Part shown: one piece after another, positions 28,279 through 38,181 of the stretch | Layout of the letters: every line of letters starts with the position of its first letter | Position numbering within the stretch: position 1 is the stretch's first letter | Assembly (NCBI GenBank): GCA_023381415.1 | Contig: JAMCUN010000020.1 | Coordinates: forward strand, 7,070-71,069 | Direction of reading: 5' to 3' | Source of the DNA: Thermoplasmatota archaeon | GTDB taxonomy: Archaea > Thermoplasmatota > Thermoplasmata > Thermoplasmatales > GCA-001856825 | DNA: 64,000 nt | Translations under genes and position numbers: made by a program | Notes under the pieces: generated by a model | The model's database searches: none | Seen by the model: only the letters and a program-made list of their open reading frames with translations | What the model was told of the DNA's origin: nothing

Positions 28279-30189
28279 GTGAATACCAGAACAAATTCCT
28301 CCAAAAATATCGTGCTGAAACCGGAGACAGTCTACGAGATGAAGTTCATAGGGAACTTGAATGTGGTGGGAGGGAGGATATTTTTTGAGGTTTCTGAGCC
28401 AGATAGGGAGAAGAACGACTATTCAACGGGGATTTACCAATTAACCGAAGGAAAGGCTGCAAAGTTTACCAGGGGGGATAAGGACTACGGATTTGTCGCC
28501 GACAGAACAGGAAATTACATCGCGTACGAATCGAAACTAGGAGAGAAAACAGCTGTTAACGTCAGGGATTTTAGCACAGGTGTTGATTTTGAAGTAGCTG
28601 AAATTGATGGCAGGATAATCAAGAAGGAATGGGATGGTAATTCGAGCGGGCTATACATGATCGTAGAGGCGGAAAGGAAAGCAGAAGATTTCAGGATAAT
28701 AGAGAACATTCCCCTGTTCTCTGACGAAAGGGGTTTCCTTGAGGGACTGAGTTACAAGCTCCTCCACCTGCGAAGGAACGGAAGGTTCAGGGTCATCATG
28801 GAAGGAAGGGAAGAGATACGTGACTTTGCTGTGAACCCTGTGAAGAAGGAGATCGCAGTGGAGATAAGGCCTCTTGACTCGGATAGCTATCACTCAAAGG
28901 TAGGAATCCTTTCCCTGGAAACTGGCCGGGTAAATTATATCACGTCGCAGTCAGGAGAATACATCAGGCCTGGTAGTATCGGAGGAATCACATCGATGGA
29001 ATACTTCGATGACGGAACCCTCGCATTTCTCCTGAACAGGAATGAATTTTTCATTGAAGAGGCCCCTGAAATTGTCTTCTGGAAGGACGGAAAATTCAAC
29101 GAAATACTGAGAAAGTACGACATTTCCCCCGGAATAGCACTAAGCACAGATTCAACGATGGTGAGTTCCAGATTGATGAGGATCAGGGGGAGATACCTGT
29201 ACTTCGTAGCTACAGTTCATGGAAGAGCCGGGATATACAGGGTGAATGACGAAGGAGAGATGAGCCCCGTGGTGACAGGAGATTTCTCTGTGGAATCATT
29301 CGATTTTGATGGTAACGACATCTACTTCATTGCGCAGAAATCCGATGCACTCCCCCAGATATACAGGTATGATGGCAAAGCGTCACTCCTGTTCTCAATG
29401 AACAACAGGGAAATGGAATGGAGGTTCAGGAGACCTGAAAATTTCCATTTCAGGGCAAGCGACGGAGCTGATATAGAAGGATGGTTCCTCAGGGGAAAAG
29501 GAAAGGGCACGGTCGTCAGGATCCATGGGGGGCCGAGGGGGGCTTTTGGCGAGGCTCTTGTCTTTGAGGCGCATCTCCTCAATTCAGTCGGTTTCAACGT
29601 GATATACTGCAATCCAAGGGGGAGCGACAGCTATGGGGACGCGTTTGCCGCTGCTGTTGTCAAGAAATATGGGGAAAGGGATTACGAAGACATCATGGAG
29701 ATGGTAGACTATTCGGTGAAGAATTTTGGGATTGATCCTGAGCACATCGGCGTTACCGGTGGGTCGTACGGAGGTTACATGGTAAACTGGATTGTGGGGC
29801 ACACTGACCGTTTCAAGGCTGCGGTTTCGGATCGATCTTTCTCTGACGCAGTTTCAGATTATTTCTCCGGTGACATAGGACCTACGTTTGATTCAGACCA
29901 GATAGGTGGGACCCCATATGAAAACCTTGAGACATACTGGGAGAAATCTCCCATCAAGCACATCCGCAATTGCAAGACACCTTTGCTTCTTATCCAGAAC
30001 GACTCAGATTACAGGTGCCCAGTATGGCAGGCCTACGAGCTTTTCACTCAATTGAAGATGCAGGGAACAGTTACAAAACTTGTGGTGTTCAAGGGAGAGA
30101 ACCACAACCTTCCATTTTCAGGAAAACCAAAGAATAGGGTGAAAAGACTGGAGGAAATAGTGGGCTGGTTCCAGAGGTATCTGCTCTGA
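28279..30189 (+). CDS. S9-family serine peptidase (acylaminoacyl-peptidase / prolyl oligopeptidase type)
   Basis: N-terminal beta-propeller-like region, then an alpha/beta hydrolase domain with GGSYGGYM (Ser), DSDYRCP (Asp) and GENHNL (His). GTG start. Confidence 0.9.
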   Translation: MNTRTNSSKNIVLKPETVYEMKFIGNLNVVGGRIFFEVSEPDREKNDYSTGIYQLTEGKAAKFTRGDKDYGFVADRTGNYIAYESKLGEKTAVNVRDFSTGVDFEVAEIDGRIIKKEWDGNSSGLYMIVEAERKAEDFRIIENIPLFSDERGFLEGLSYKLLHLRRNGRFRVIMEGREEIRDFAVNPVKKEIAVEIRPLDSDSYHSKVGILSLETGRVNYITSQSGEYIRPGSIGGITSMEYFDDGTLAFLLNRNEFFIEEAPEIVFWKDGKFNEILRKYDISPGIALSTDSTMVSSRLMRIRGRYLYFVATVHGRAGIYRVNDEGEMSPVVTGDFSVESFDFDGNDIYFIAQKSDALPQIYRYDGKASLLFSMNNREMEWRFRRPENFHFRASDGADIEGWFLRGKGKGTVVRIHGGPRGAFGEALVFEAHLLNSVGFNVIYCNPRGSDSYGDAFAAAVVKKYGERDYEDIMEMVDYSVKNFGIDPEHIGVTGGSYGGYMVNWIVGHTDRFKAAVSDRSFSDAVSDYFSGDIGPTFDSDQIGGTPYENLETYWEKSPIKHIRNCKTPLLLIQNDSDYRCPVWQAYELFTQLKMQGTVTKLVVFKGENHNLPFSGKPKNRVKRLEEIVGWFQRYLL

Positions 30190-30312
30190 TTCCACCTCTA
30201 TCACAGATGTTACGTGGATGTCTTTGTCCGGACTCACCAATTCCTCTTGACCATACCATTGAGTTGTGAATACATCTAAAGCCCAACGATTCACGCTTCA
30301 ACTACCTCTTTT

Positions 30313-31494
30313 TTATAAGACGGACTGAGGGAAGTGGAAATCATTTTTTACCGCCTCCCTGAATGCACTGTTCCTGGTGAATTCTTCTGCCGTATCGCTC
30401 AGGACATCTATCACCTCCGACAGCACCCTCTTCGCCTCCGCCGAACGTGCAGCCTCGAGTGATTCCCTTGAATGCCAAGGTGTACCCTCCGGTGCTATCT
30501 TAAACTGAAGTTCCAGGGCTGGAACTACCTGCGTAACGTTTGCAAAATCAGTCGACCCTTCCGGTATCTTCGAAAGCGTCTCCTCCAGGGGAGGGCACTC
30601 TATCCCTCTTTCAACCAATTTCTCCCTAACCTTGTTTGAGAGAGGCACGTTGACCTTAGTGGTAGAATACATCATCCCTATCTCCTTGATTGAATACGTT
30701 GTTTCTGTTGCGTTTGCGCATCCTTCTACTATCTTCTTGAACCGTCTAACAACATCCTTGTGGTATTCTATGTCCGATGTCCTGATCCCGTATGTCAGCA
30801 CCGCCCGCTCAGGGGTGACGTTTGACGCCTTTCCCCCTTCCTTTATTATTCCATGCATCACGAAATTCACATCCCTCCTCACATGCTGCCTCAACATGTT
30901 GACTGCAGTATATGTCAAGACTGCAGCATCCAGGGCACTTCTTCCGCTATCTGGATTCGCAGCTTCATGCGCTGCCTTGCCCTTGAACGTAACCTCGTAA
31001 TCCAGGTCAGCAAGGGAGGGATCACCGACGCTCCACCTGTCGCCGGGATGGGACCCCAGCACGAGGTCTACATTCTTGAATGCGCCTTTTTCCGCCATTA
31101 TGATCTTGGAACCAGACCATTCCCCTGACCCTTCCTCATCAGGAGTACCGAATACTGAGACCGTCCCGTTCTCAATCTTCTCTGTAGCCCTTATGGCGGA
31201 ATAAACGGCAGATGATGCTATAAGGTTGTGGCCGCAAGCGTGTCCTATTCCTGGGAGTGCATCGTATTCGGCAAGAAATGCGACGGATGGACTCCCATTC
31301 CCTATCACCTTTTCAGCCTTGAATGCAGTGGGGATGTTCATGAAATTGCCAGCAACCCTGAACCCATTATCTCCGAGCACTTTCATCAGTATTCTAGATG
31401 ACTCAAATTCCCTGCTTCCTATCTCAGACAGATCGTGGATCCTGAGCGCCAGATCCCAGTATCCAGGTTCCTTCCCTTCACTTACATCCTTCAT
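30313..31494 (-). CDS. M20-family amidohydrolase (AbgB/aminoacylase-like)
   Basis: AEYDALPGIGHACGHNLIA and GTPDEEG are metal-ligand motifs. 393 aa. Paralog of the gene at 39660-40850. Confidence 0.85.
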   Translation of the reverse strand: MKDVSEGKEPGYWDLALRIHDLSEIGSREFESSRILMKVLGDNGFRVAGNFMNIPTAFKAEKVIGNGSPSVAFLAEYDALPGIGHACGHNLIASSAVYSAIRATEKIENGTVSVFGTPDEEGSGEWSGSKIIMAEKGAFKNVDLVLGSHPGDRWSVGDPSLADLDYEVTFKGKAAHEAANPDSGRSALDAAVLTYTAVNMLRQHVRRDVNFVMHGIIKEGGKASNVTPERAVLTYGIRTSDIEYHKDVVRRFKKIVEGCANATETTYSIKEIGMMYSTTKVNVPLSNKVREKLVERGIECPPLEETLSKIPEGSTDFANVTQVVPALELQFKIAPEGTPWHSRESLEAARSAEAKRVLSEVIDVLSDTAEEFTRNSAFREAVKNDFHFPQSVL

Positions 31495-31761
31495 ATTTTT
31501 TGGAACCTCTTGACCTATTTAGGTTTACCCTGGCAGATGTTTCGCCATTCATGAGGGATGTGGAGAGGGTGCATCGTTCCCCTCACCCGCCCCTATCCCA
31601 ACCTCACTTCTAGAAAAGAGGGGCAATGGATTTCAACCCTTTCCATGATCTCCCAAATCCATCACTTTCTCCGTTTAGATGCACTAGATTTCATGGGTTT
31701 GGCAACGCGTTTACGGAAACGATTATATATCATCTAACAGTAAACAAATTGCTGATCCCGT

Positions 31762-32859
31762 TTGAAGCTATACGTCTACATTATACGGCGGCTTATTTTG
31801 CTGATTCCAGTTGTGATAGGTGTCACCGTTATAACATTCATCCTCTCTCACGCTGATATAGGTCTCCTCATAGCAGGTTATGAGGGAAAGACGAGAACTC
31901 TTGCAGCGAGATTGATCGTGATACACGAGCTTCATCTGAACGGACCAGTTTACGTCCAGTTCCTCTACTACTTCACCAACCTCTTTACAGGTAAATGGGG
32001 GTACCTGTCCCCAACTGAGCCTGTGGACGCAGGAACTCCTGTATTCACCGAATTTATGAGAAGGTTTCCACCTACTGCTGAATTATCTGTCATAGCTGCG
32101 GTACTTGTAATAGCTATAGGCCTTCCCCTTGGTGTTTTGAGCGGAGTCAAAAAGGATCGGACAGTTGATCACGGAACTCGCCTTGCAGCAATGGTAGGCG
32201 TGTCCATTCCAACCTTCTGGATAGGCCTTCTTATCCTCATACTGATAGGTCCTAGCGGACCGTTTCCTCACTTCCTCCAGGTAACAACCGAGGGGCAGAT
32301 AGACTTCCTCAAATACGGTTTCACTTCAAAGGGCACACTTGAGCCGTGGGTTGCTTCCACCGGCAGTTCAGGCATATCAAGACCAACAGGATTTATGCTT
32401 GTAGACACCCTGATCTACGGGGATTTCCCCGCTTTCTTCAATGCACTGGAACATGTATTCTGGCCCGCTCTCGTAGTCGCTCTTACCAGCTTCGGAGTGG
32501 TCACGAGATTCATGAGGTCAAGCATACTGGAATCGCTGGGACAGGACTATGTCAGGACCGCCAGATCGAAAGGTGTCCCTGAGAAATTCGTGGTGAAGAA
32601 ACATGCAAGAAGAAACGCATACGGTGCGACAACCACGGTCATGGGACTCTTCTTTGCAGGCCTGCTGAGCGGTGTGACGGTAACGGAATACGTTTTTGGG
32701 TGGCCTGGGATGGGGCAGTGGCTCTACACGGCTGCAGCACACGCCGATCTTGTGTCTGTCATGGCAACCACTTTCGTGTTCACGATAGTGATAGTTGTTG
32801 CAAACCTCATAGTGGATATAATCTACTCATACCTTGACCCCAGGGTGAGGCTGGATTGA
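31762..32859 (+). CDS. Peptide/nickel (Opp/Dpp-type) ABC transporter permease, OppB-like
   Basis: N terminus: YIIRRLILLIPVVIGVTVITFIL. EAA-like region: YVRTARSKGVPE. TTG start, with a TATA box (TTATATAT) about 35 nt upstream. Confidence 0.9.
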   Translation: MKLYVYIIRRLILLIPVVIGVTVITFILSHADIGLLIAGYEGKTRTLAARLIVIHELHLNGPVYVQFLYYFTNLFTGKWGYLSPTEPVDAGTPVFTEFMRRFPPTAELSVIAAVLVIAIGLPLGVLSGVKKDRTVDHGTRLAAMVGVSIPTFWIGLLILILIGPSGPFPHFLQVTTEGQIDFLKYGFTSKGTLEPWVASTGSSGISRPTGFMLVDTLIYGDFPAFFNALEHVFWPALVVALTSFGVVTRFMRSSILESLGQDYVRTARSKGVPEKFVVKKHARRNAYGATTTVMGLFFAGLLSGVTVTEYVFGWPGMGQWLYTAAAHADLVSVMATTFVFTIVIVVANLIVDIIYSYLDPRVRLD

Positions 32860-33788
32860 CGTCTGCACAGTCCCTTATCGGAAGGACCGTGAGATCAAGG
32901 TACGCACAGACAACCAAGATGATTTATTACCTCACCAGGAGTCCCCTGTCCACTGCAGGGCTCTTTGTCACTTTGCTATACATCGGACTTGCCATCTTCG
33001 GGCCAATTCTTGTCGGAGGGAATCCGGAATTCATGAGGGAAGTGCTCTACTACCACGGGCAGTACATATACAACACCCCTCTTCCTCCCCAGCCTGCCTT
33101 CCCCTTCGGAACAACGTACGGAGGGTACGACATTTTCAATGGAGTGATAAAGGGGGCCAGGATAGACCTTGGTGTAGCTGCACTCGTTGTACTGAGCGGC
33201 GCCATAATAGGGAGCATACTTGGTGCGATCGCTGGATATGTTGGAGGGACAACGAGCGACGTGATAATGAGACTGACAGACATATTCCTCTCCATCCCTT
33301 TCATAGTCCTTGCAGTGGTTCTCCTGATGGTGCTTGGAAGGACGCTCACGTCAATGGTGGAGGCGCTTGTCATAGTCTGGTGGCCGTACTACACGAGACT
33401 GGTAAGGGGTCAGGTGCTGACGATCAGGGAGCAGAAGTACGTCGAGGCCTCCGTCGCAGCAGGCTCGTCATCTTTCAGAACTGTGCTGAGGCATATCCTT
33501 CCCAACTCCATCTACCCGATATACGTTCAGATATCCCTTGATTTCGGGAACGTCATACTTACACTTGCATCACTTGATTTCCTCGGCTTTGGATTTGCAG
33601 GAAACAACCTCGCCGAGTGGGGAAACATCATCGGCCTTGCCACCTCAGGGGGAGGCGGGGTGGAGACAATAACGAGCTACTGGTGGACAATACTCATACC
33701 AGGACTTGTCCTCCTTGCACTCGTCGTTGCCCTCAATATTCTCGGGGATGGAATAAGGGACGTCACCGATCCAAGGTTGAGGCTCTGA
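32856..33788 (+). CDS. Peptide/nickel ABC transporter permease, OppC-like
   Basis: 310 aa with 4-nt overlap to the upstream permease. YVEASVAAGSS and LRHILPN are typical OppC/DppC motifs. Confidence 0.9.
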   Translation: MTSAQSLIGRTVRSRYAQTTKMIYYLTRSPLSTAGLFVTLLYIGLAIFGPILVGGNPEFMREVLYYHGQYIYNTPLPPQPAFPFGTTYGGYDIFNGVIKGARIDLGVAALVVLSGAIIGSILGAIAGYVGGTTSDVIMRLTDIFLSIPFIVLAVVLLMVLGRTLTSMVEALVIVWWPYYTRLVRGQVLTIREQKYVEASVAAGSSSFRTVLRHILPNSIYPIYVQISLDFGNVILTLASLDFLGFGFAGNNLAEWGNIIGLATSGGGGVETITSYWWTILIPGLVLLALVVALNILGDGIRDVTDPRLRL

Positions 33789-33933
33789 ATTCTCTGATTG
33801 CTGGATAAACATTACCTTCTTTCCCGGGCCATGCTTGAAGGCGGGTTATCGCACAATCTATCCTGTTCCGGGGATGTCGACGCAAACAGATACTCCGTCT
33901 AATATAAATGAAGAACAACCTTCGATTAGATCT

Positions 33934-33966
33934 CAAAATGAAATAAAAAATGAAAAAGAAAAAAGT
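33934..33966 (-). terminator. Oligo-T terminator region downstream of the binding-protein gene
   Basis: The minus strand after the TAA (33969-33967) reads ACTTTTTTCTTTTTCATTTTTTATTTCATTTTG. Confidence 0.55.
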
Positions 33967-36720
33967 TTAGGATTTGTACTGCAGCCCGTAATAGATGATC
34001 AGGTTGGCCCCCTGCACTGGGTTTTCTGTATCTGCAAGAGATGCTGGATTTATTGCAGTGCTGAATGCAACAAGGTTCACCGGTTCCATCGTCCCTACGT
34101 AGAAGAACTCCTTGATCGCTATAACGTCGGCCATGTAGTAGTCTAGGGCGATCTGGCTTGAGTTCGTCGATTCGGCTGCAAGGTTAAGAAGGTTCCACAT
34201 CTGCGTGATGTTGGCCCACTGGTTCGGATTTGTCGTGTTGTTCCAGCCTGGCGTGTTGTATGCGAAACCGTCAGTCCAGTCGTCGTATCCGAACGGTCCA
34301 AGCATCGGGCTTGCGTACTGCGTGGTCGGGGAGAAGCCCACCCAGGTGTCGTACCAGAGTGGCATCGGATCCTGGGTTGGTGGCGTTGCCCCGTAGTCAA
34401 GCCAGAGGGTGTAGGATATGTCAACAGGGAGCACAGTCACCTGGCCGTTTGTTGCCGCATTTATTGCATTGGCCCATACGGTGTCCATTTCATCGTTAGC
34501 GGGATTTCCCTCCACGTTGAATAGAGGCAGATAAAGCTTAGTGCCGTTCTTGTAGTACGATGTCTGCTCCCAGTAGAACTTCGCCTTGTTCAGGTCGTAT
34601 ATCTGAGGATACTGGCTCGTTATGTTCGTCGGAACGTCAATTGATCCTGGAGGGAAGACGCCAGAGAACGGAATTGCATATCTCAGCCCGTCTGATGAAT
34701 AAGAAACGTTGATCAGATAGCTTATGTTGAATGCGTAAGCGAATGCCTTCCTCACGCTAAGGTTCGCAAAGAAGTTGGAAGGTATGTTTGTCTGGGAATC
34801 GTACGTCTGGGCACCTGTCACATTTATTGCCATGTTGAAGGAATATACGTACAGCCCAAAAGATGCAACCTGTGCAGTCTGCAGAATTCCACTGTCCACG
34901 TACTTCATCAGTCCTGACGTCTGGCTTATCGGGAATGCACCGGTTCCGAACTGCGCCTCTCCTGTTTCCAACTGCACCTGTGCTGCGTCCTCGCTTGTCA
35001 GGTATTCAATCTCCACTTCCTTGATCAGCTTGCTTTGTGGAAGCATCCCCTGGGTGGCGTTGTAGTAAGGATTCACTTTCAGTATAACTGACGTTGCAGG
35101 TTCGTACAGAGCAAGGTAATATGGACCTGTTCCCATCATGTGGTAGTGTACGTACTGATTCCAGTTTGAAAGCAATCCCGGACTGGTGGTATTATTCGAC
35201 CAGTAGGCATAAGATGCACTTGTGTTCTGGGGAACGGCGCCATTCTGTACAAGCCATTTATAGTCCATAACGTCGAAAACGGGGTTCTCCCAGAGTGCAA
35301 GGAGGAATGAGGTGGGAAGGCCGTAGTTCGTGACAGGGTAGGACTGGTTGAGCGGGCCGTAATTCACTCCAGCATAGACAGCTGATGTATTGGGCAGCCA
35401 TGTCAGGGTGTTGGGGAGCATGTGGAATGTGACTGACTGAGTTGTGTTGTTCCATGTTATAGCATGGTGGATCCAGTAGAAGCTCTCGTTGAACGGACCT
35501 GATATCGTTGGGGCGGGAAGCAGGCCGTAAGCTAGCGTCCATCCCGGCGTACCGGGGTCGTTTGCGAACAGCAACGCCCTTGCAGCTGACACATATACGT
35601 CATACGCATTCACAGGGTCACCGTTAGAGAACTTTATTGAAGTGTTGATGTAGAACGTCCAGTTGAGTAGGTTTGAAGTCACCTCACCGTTTGCAACGGA
35701 AGGAACGTTCGTTGCTATAACGGGGTTGAATTGTGTGGTGGAAGTGCCGTTTGTGACAACGAGTGGTTGATATACCTCTTCTATCACCTCGTCCGAAGTG
35801 AAGTCGTACGCTATCGCAGGATCAAGGGTGTTCAATCCTCCAGGCATGTATTCCGCATTGACAACAAGGTTGGTGTTTATCGAAACCTTTGGAACATTAA
35901 CTAGAATGGAATAATTCCCCGCTGCTATGGTCATTATGTACGAACCGTTCACCGTCTGGCCGGTGGATGAATCCATCGACTCAGTCTTCAGGTTGACCAC
36001 ATGCAGTCCCGGAACATTGAATGTCACGTTTATTGTCTCAGGGAGACCCGTATTGTTGTCTGCAATTATCTGCGATCCGTTGTCTATGTTCCAGGTGAAC
36101 GACTGTATAGTGTATGCGGTGTCACCTGAAACGTTCGATCCCACGGTCAGGGGGGTTGGATCGAGCAGACCCCCGAATGTCAGGTTCACCCACCCGTTCA
36201 GTCCTATGGTCTGATTGCCTGTGGATGAGGCATTGTCGTAGACCGCGGATGATGAGGAAAGCACTATTGGCCCCTCAACCGCAGCCGGATTGGCACTCAA
36301 CGAAGGATTCACAGTTATCGGCAGAAGGGAGTTGTTGTTGGACACCATTGATGTCTTGTTGTAAACCGATAGCGAAACCAGATAACTTCCGGGCGTGCTG
36401 TATGAGTAGTTTACTATTCCGTTCCCAGTAGTCACCACATCCGTATGACCATTCCCAAAATTCCATACCAGTTTGGTGAACGTTGCTCCCGCGGGGAGAC
36501 CGGGGCTGAATATTATGTTTGTCCCCGCAAGCGTGGCTACCGCAGTAGTAGATGGTGATATGGAAAGGGGCTGCTGTTGAGTTGACGTTTTAGGCCGTAA
36601 TTCCACAGTGGCAACTACTCCTGCTACAACCAAAACAACCACAACTATTATCACTGCAATCCATTTAGTTGCAGAACTCTTCTTAGCTGGGGCTGGTGGC
36701 TCAGATGGTTCTTGCGTCAT
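33967..36720 (-). CDS. Family-5 (OppA-like) ABC substrate-binding protein with an N-terminal TM anchor and PKD-like domain(s)
   Basis: 917 aa. TM anchor: WIAVIIVVVVLVVAGVVATV. PKD-like motif: LVWNFGNGHTDVV...YSTPGSYLVSLSVYN. A long SBP_bac_5-like body follows. Convergent with the two permease genes. Confidence 0.8.
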   Translation of the reverse strand: MTQEPSEPPAPAKKSSATKWIAVIIVVVVLVVAGVVATVELRPKTSTQQQPLSISPSTTAVATLAGTNIIFSPGLPAGATFTKLVWNFGNGHTDVVTTGNGIVNYSYSTPGSYLVSLSVYNKTSMVSNNNSLLPITVNPSLSANPAAVEGPIVLSSSSAVYDNASSTGNQTIGLNGWVNLTFGGLLDPTPLTVGSNVSGDTAYTIQSFTWNIDNGSQIIADNNTGLPETINVTFNVPGLHVVNLKTESMDSSTGQTVNGSYIMTIAAGNYSILVNVPKVSINTNLVVNAEYMPGGLNTLDPAIAYDFTSDEVIEEVYQPLVVTNGTSTTQFNPVIATNVPSVANGEVTSNLLNWTFYINTSIKFSNGDPVNAYDVYVSAARALLFANDPGTPGWTLAYGLLPAPTISGPFNESFYWIHHAITWNNTTQSVTFHMLPNTLTWLPNTSAVYAGVNYGPLNQSYPVTNYGLPTSFLLALWENPVFDVMDYKWLVQNGAVPQNTSASYAYWSNNTTSPGLLSNWNQYVHYHMMGTGPYYLALYEPATSVILKVNPYYNATQGMLPQSKLIKEVEIEYLTSEDAAQVQLETGEAQFGTGAFPISQTSGLMKYVDSGILQTAQVASFGLYVYSFNMAINVTGAQTYDSQTNIPSNFFANLSVRKAFAYAFNISYLINVSYSSDGLRYAIPFSGVFPPGSIDVPTNITSQYPQIYDLNKAKFYWEQTSYYKNGTKLYLPLFNVEGNPANDEMDTVWANAINAATNGQVTVLPVDISYTLWLDYGATPPTQDPMPLWYDTWVGFSPTTQYASPMLGPFGYDDWTDGFAYNTPGWNNTTNPNQWANITQMWNLLNLAAESTNSSQIALDYYMADVIAIKEFFYVGTMEPVNLVAFSTAINPASLADTENPVQGANLIIYYGLQYKS

Positions 36721-37017
36721 AAAATTACCATAACTTCACCTTAATTCTATATATGAACAATTCGGTAAATCGGTTTACGTTAGCTCATCATCCTCGTCCT
36801 TTCTACAAGTCTCCACGGAGAAGTCATTCAGAAGAGCATCATCGATTAACTAACTCATTTGCTATCGTGATATATTGCAAACTACTTTACTCCCTGGAAA
36901 AAATGGACATCGTAGATGAATGAACACATTCTCCACAATCTTCATCATTGCATTCCCAACAGGTGTTCAAGAGGAATAGAAAACACTTTAAGGGCTTCCA
37001 TGTAATGGAATTCCGTC

Positions 37018-38082
37018 ATGAGGATAAGGGAGTTGAGACCGGATCTTCTGGAGGGCAGGACAGGGAGGATGAATTCGATAACGGATGTTGAAGGGGTGAT
37101 GGTTGGGCATGCTCAGGTCTGGAGTGACCTCCCCAGCGTTCAAAGGACTGGGGCGACCGCGATAATCCCCCATAAGGGGAATGTCTTCTCCGAAGGGGTC
37201 TTTGCAGGCACTGCTGTGATGAACGGTTTCGGCATATTGACAGGAAGGGACTCGATAGACGAACTGGGAATACTGACCTCCCCAATAGTTCTCACCAACA
37301 CAAGGAGCGTAGGCATCGGATACGAAGCTGTAATGCAGTACTTCCTCAAGACTGTCGGGAAGGATTACGATTTGCCCCTTCCTGTAGTTGGAGAATGCGA
37401 TGACAGCTACCTCAATGACTACGGCGCTCCCCCCGTTCCCCTTGATCAGTTTCAGAAGGCAATCACTTCTGCAAGATCGGGTAAGGTGGAAGAGGGGTCT
37501 GTCGGTGCAGGAACTGGAATGCAGCTTTACGACTTCAAGGGAGGGATCGGTACATCCTCCAGGATCATTGAGGTGGATGGTGAAGAGTTCACGGTGGGTG
37601 TTCTGGTAAATGCAAATTACGGCAGCAGACACCAGCTGACGATATTCGGTAGAAGGCTGTTTGCAGATGAATCCAGTACAGGAACGAAGGATGGTTCCTG
37701 CATCGGTATAATGGCAACAGATGCACCCGTCTCCTCCGAAATGCTTAAGCGGCTTTCCAGAAGGATGGGGCTAGGTCTAGCCAGAACGGGATCAGTTGCT
37801 AACAACTCTAGCGGCGACATATTCCTCTCATTTTCAACAGGCAATTTTATTGAAATGGAAAGAAATGCAATTGACTCCGGGAAGCTCAAGAATACTCGAG
37901 GCAAAGAGGCAAACTTCCTTTCACAAGATGCGATAAACGGTATGTTTGAGGCCGCAGTAGGAGCCACGGAGGAGGCAGCGCTGAATGCCCTTTTCCAGGC
38001 AAAGACTGTTGAAGGTTACAAGGGGCATGTCCTCGAGGGTTTTTCTACCTCTGAATACTTTGAAAAGCTGGGACTGTCTTAG
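37018..38082 (+). CDS. DmpA/BapA-family (peptidase S58, Ntn-hydrolase) aminopeptidase
   Basis: NSITDVEGVMVGHAQV, RTGATAII, GAGTGMQLYDFKGGIGTSSR, and a probable self-cleavage/nucleophile site KDG|SCIGIMATDAP. Confidence 0.85.
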   Translation: MRIRELRPDLLEGRTGRMNSITDVEGVMVGHAQVWSDLPSVQRTGATAIIPHKGNVFSEGVFAGTAVMNGFGILTGRDSIDELGILTSPIVLTNTRSVGIGYEAVMQYFLKTVGKDYDLPLPVVGECDDSYLNDYGAPPVPLDQFQKAITSARSGKVEEGSVGAGTGMQLYDFKGGIGTSSRIIEVDGEEFTVGVLVNANYGSRHQLTIFGRRLFADESSTGTKDGSCIGIMATDAPVSSEMLKRLSRRMGLGLARTGSVANNSSGDIFLSFSTGNFIEMERNAIDSGKLKNTRGKEANFLSQDAINGMFEAAVGATEEAALNALFQAKTVEGYKGHVLEGFSTSEYFEKLGLS

Positions 38083-38181
38083 TGAGTTATTGGAAGCGAT
38101 AATCCTGCGTCTTCTCGTTGTCTGTTTTTTCCGCAGGGTTTCAAGAATATTGATATATCCCAATTTTAACTCATACTCATC

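Noticed and set aside
31540-31660. G-rich/C-rich segments upstream of the Opp permease gene as a structured RNA
   Set aside because: Only a 6-bp stem with a 33-nt loop could be drawn, which is not convincing.
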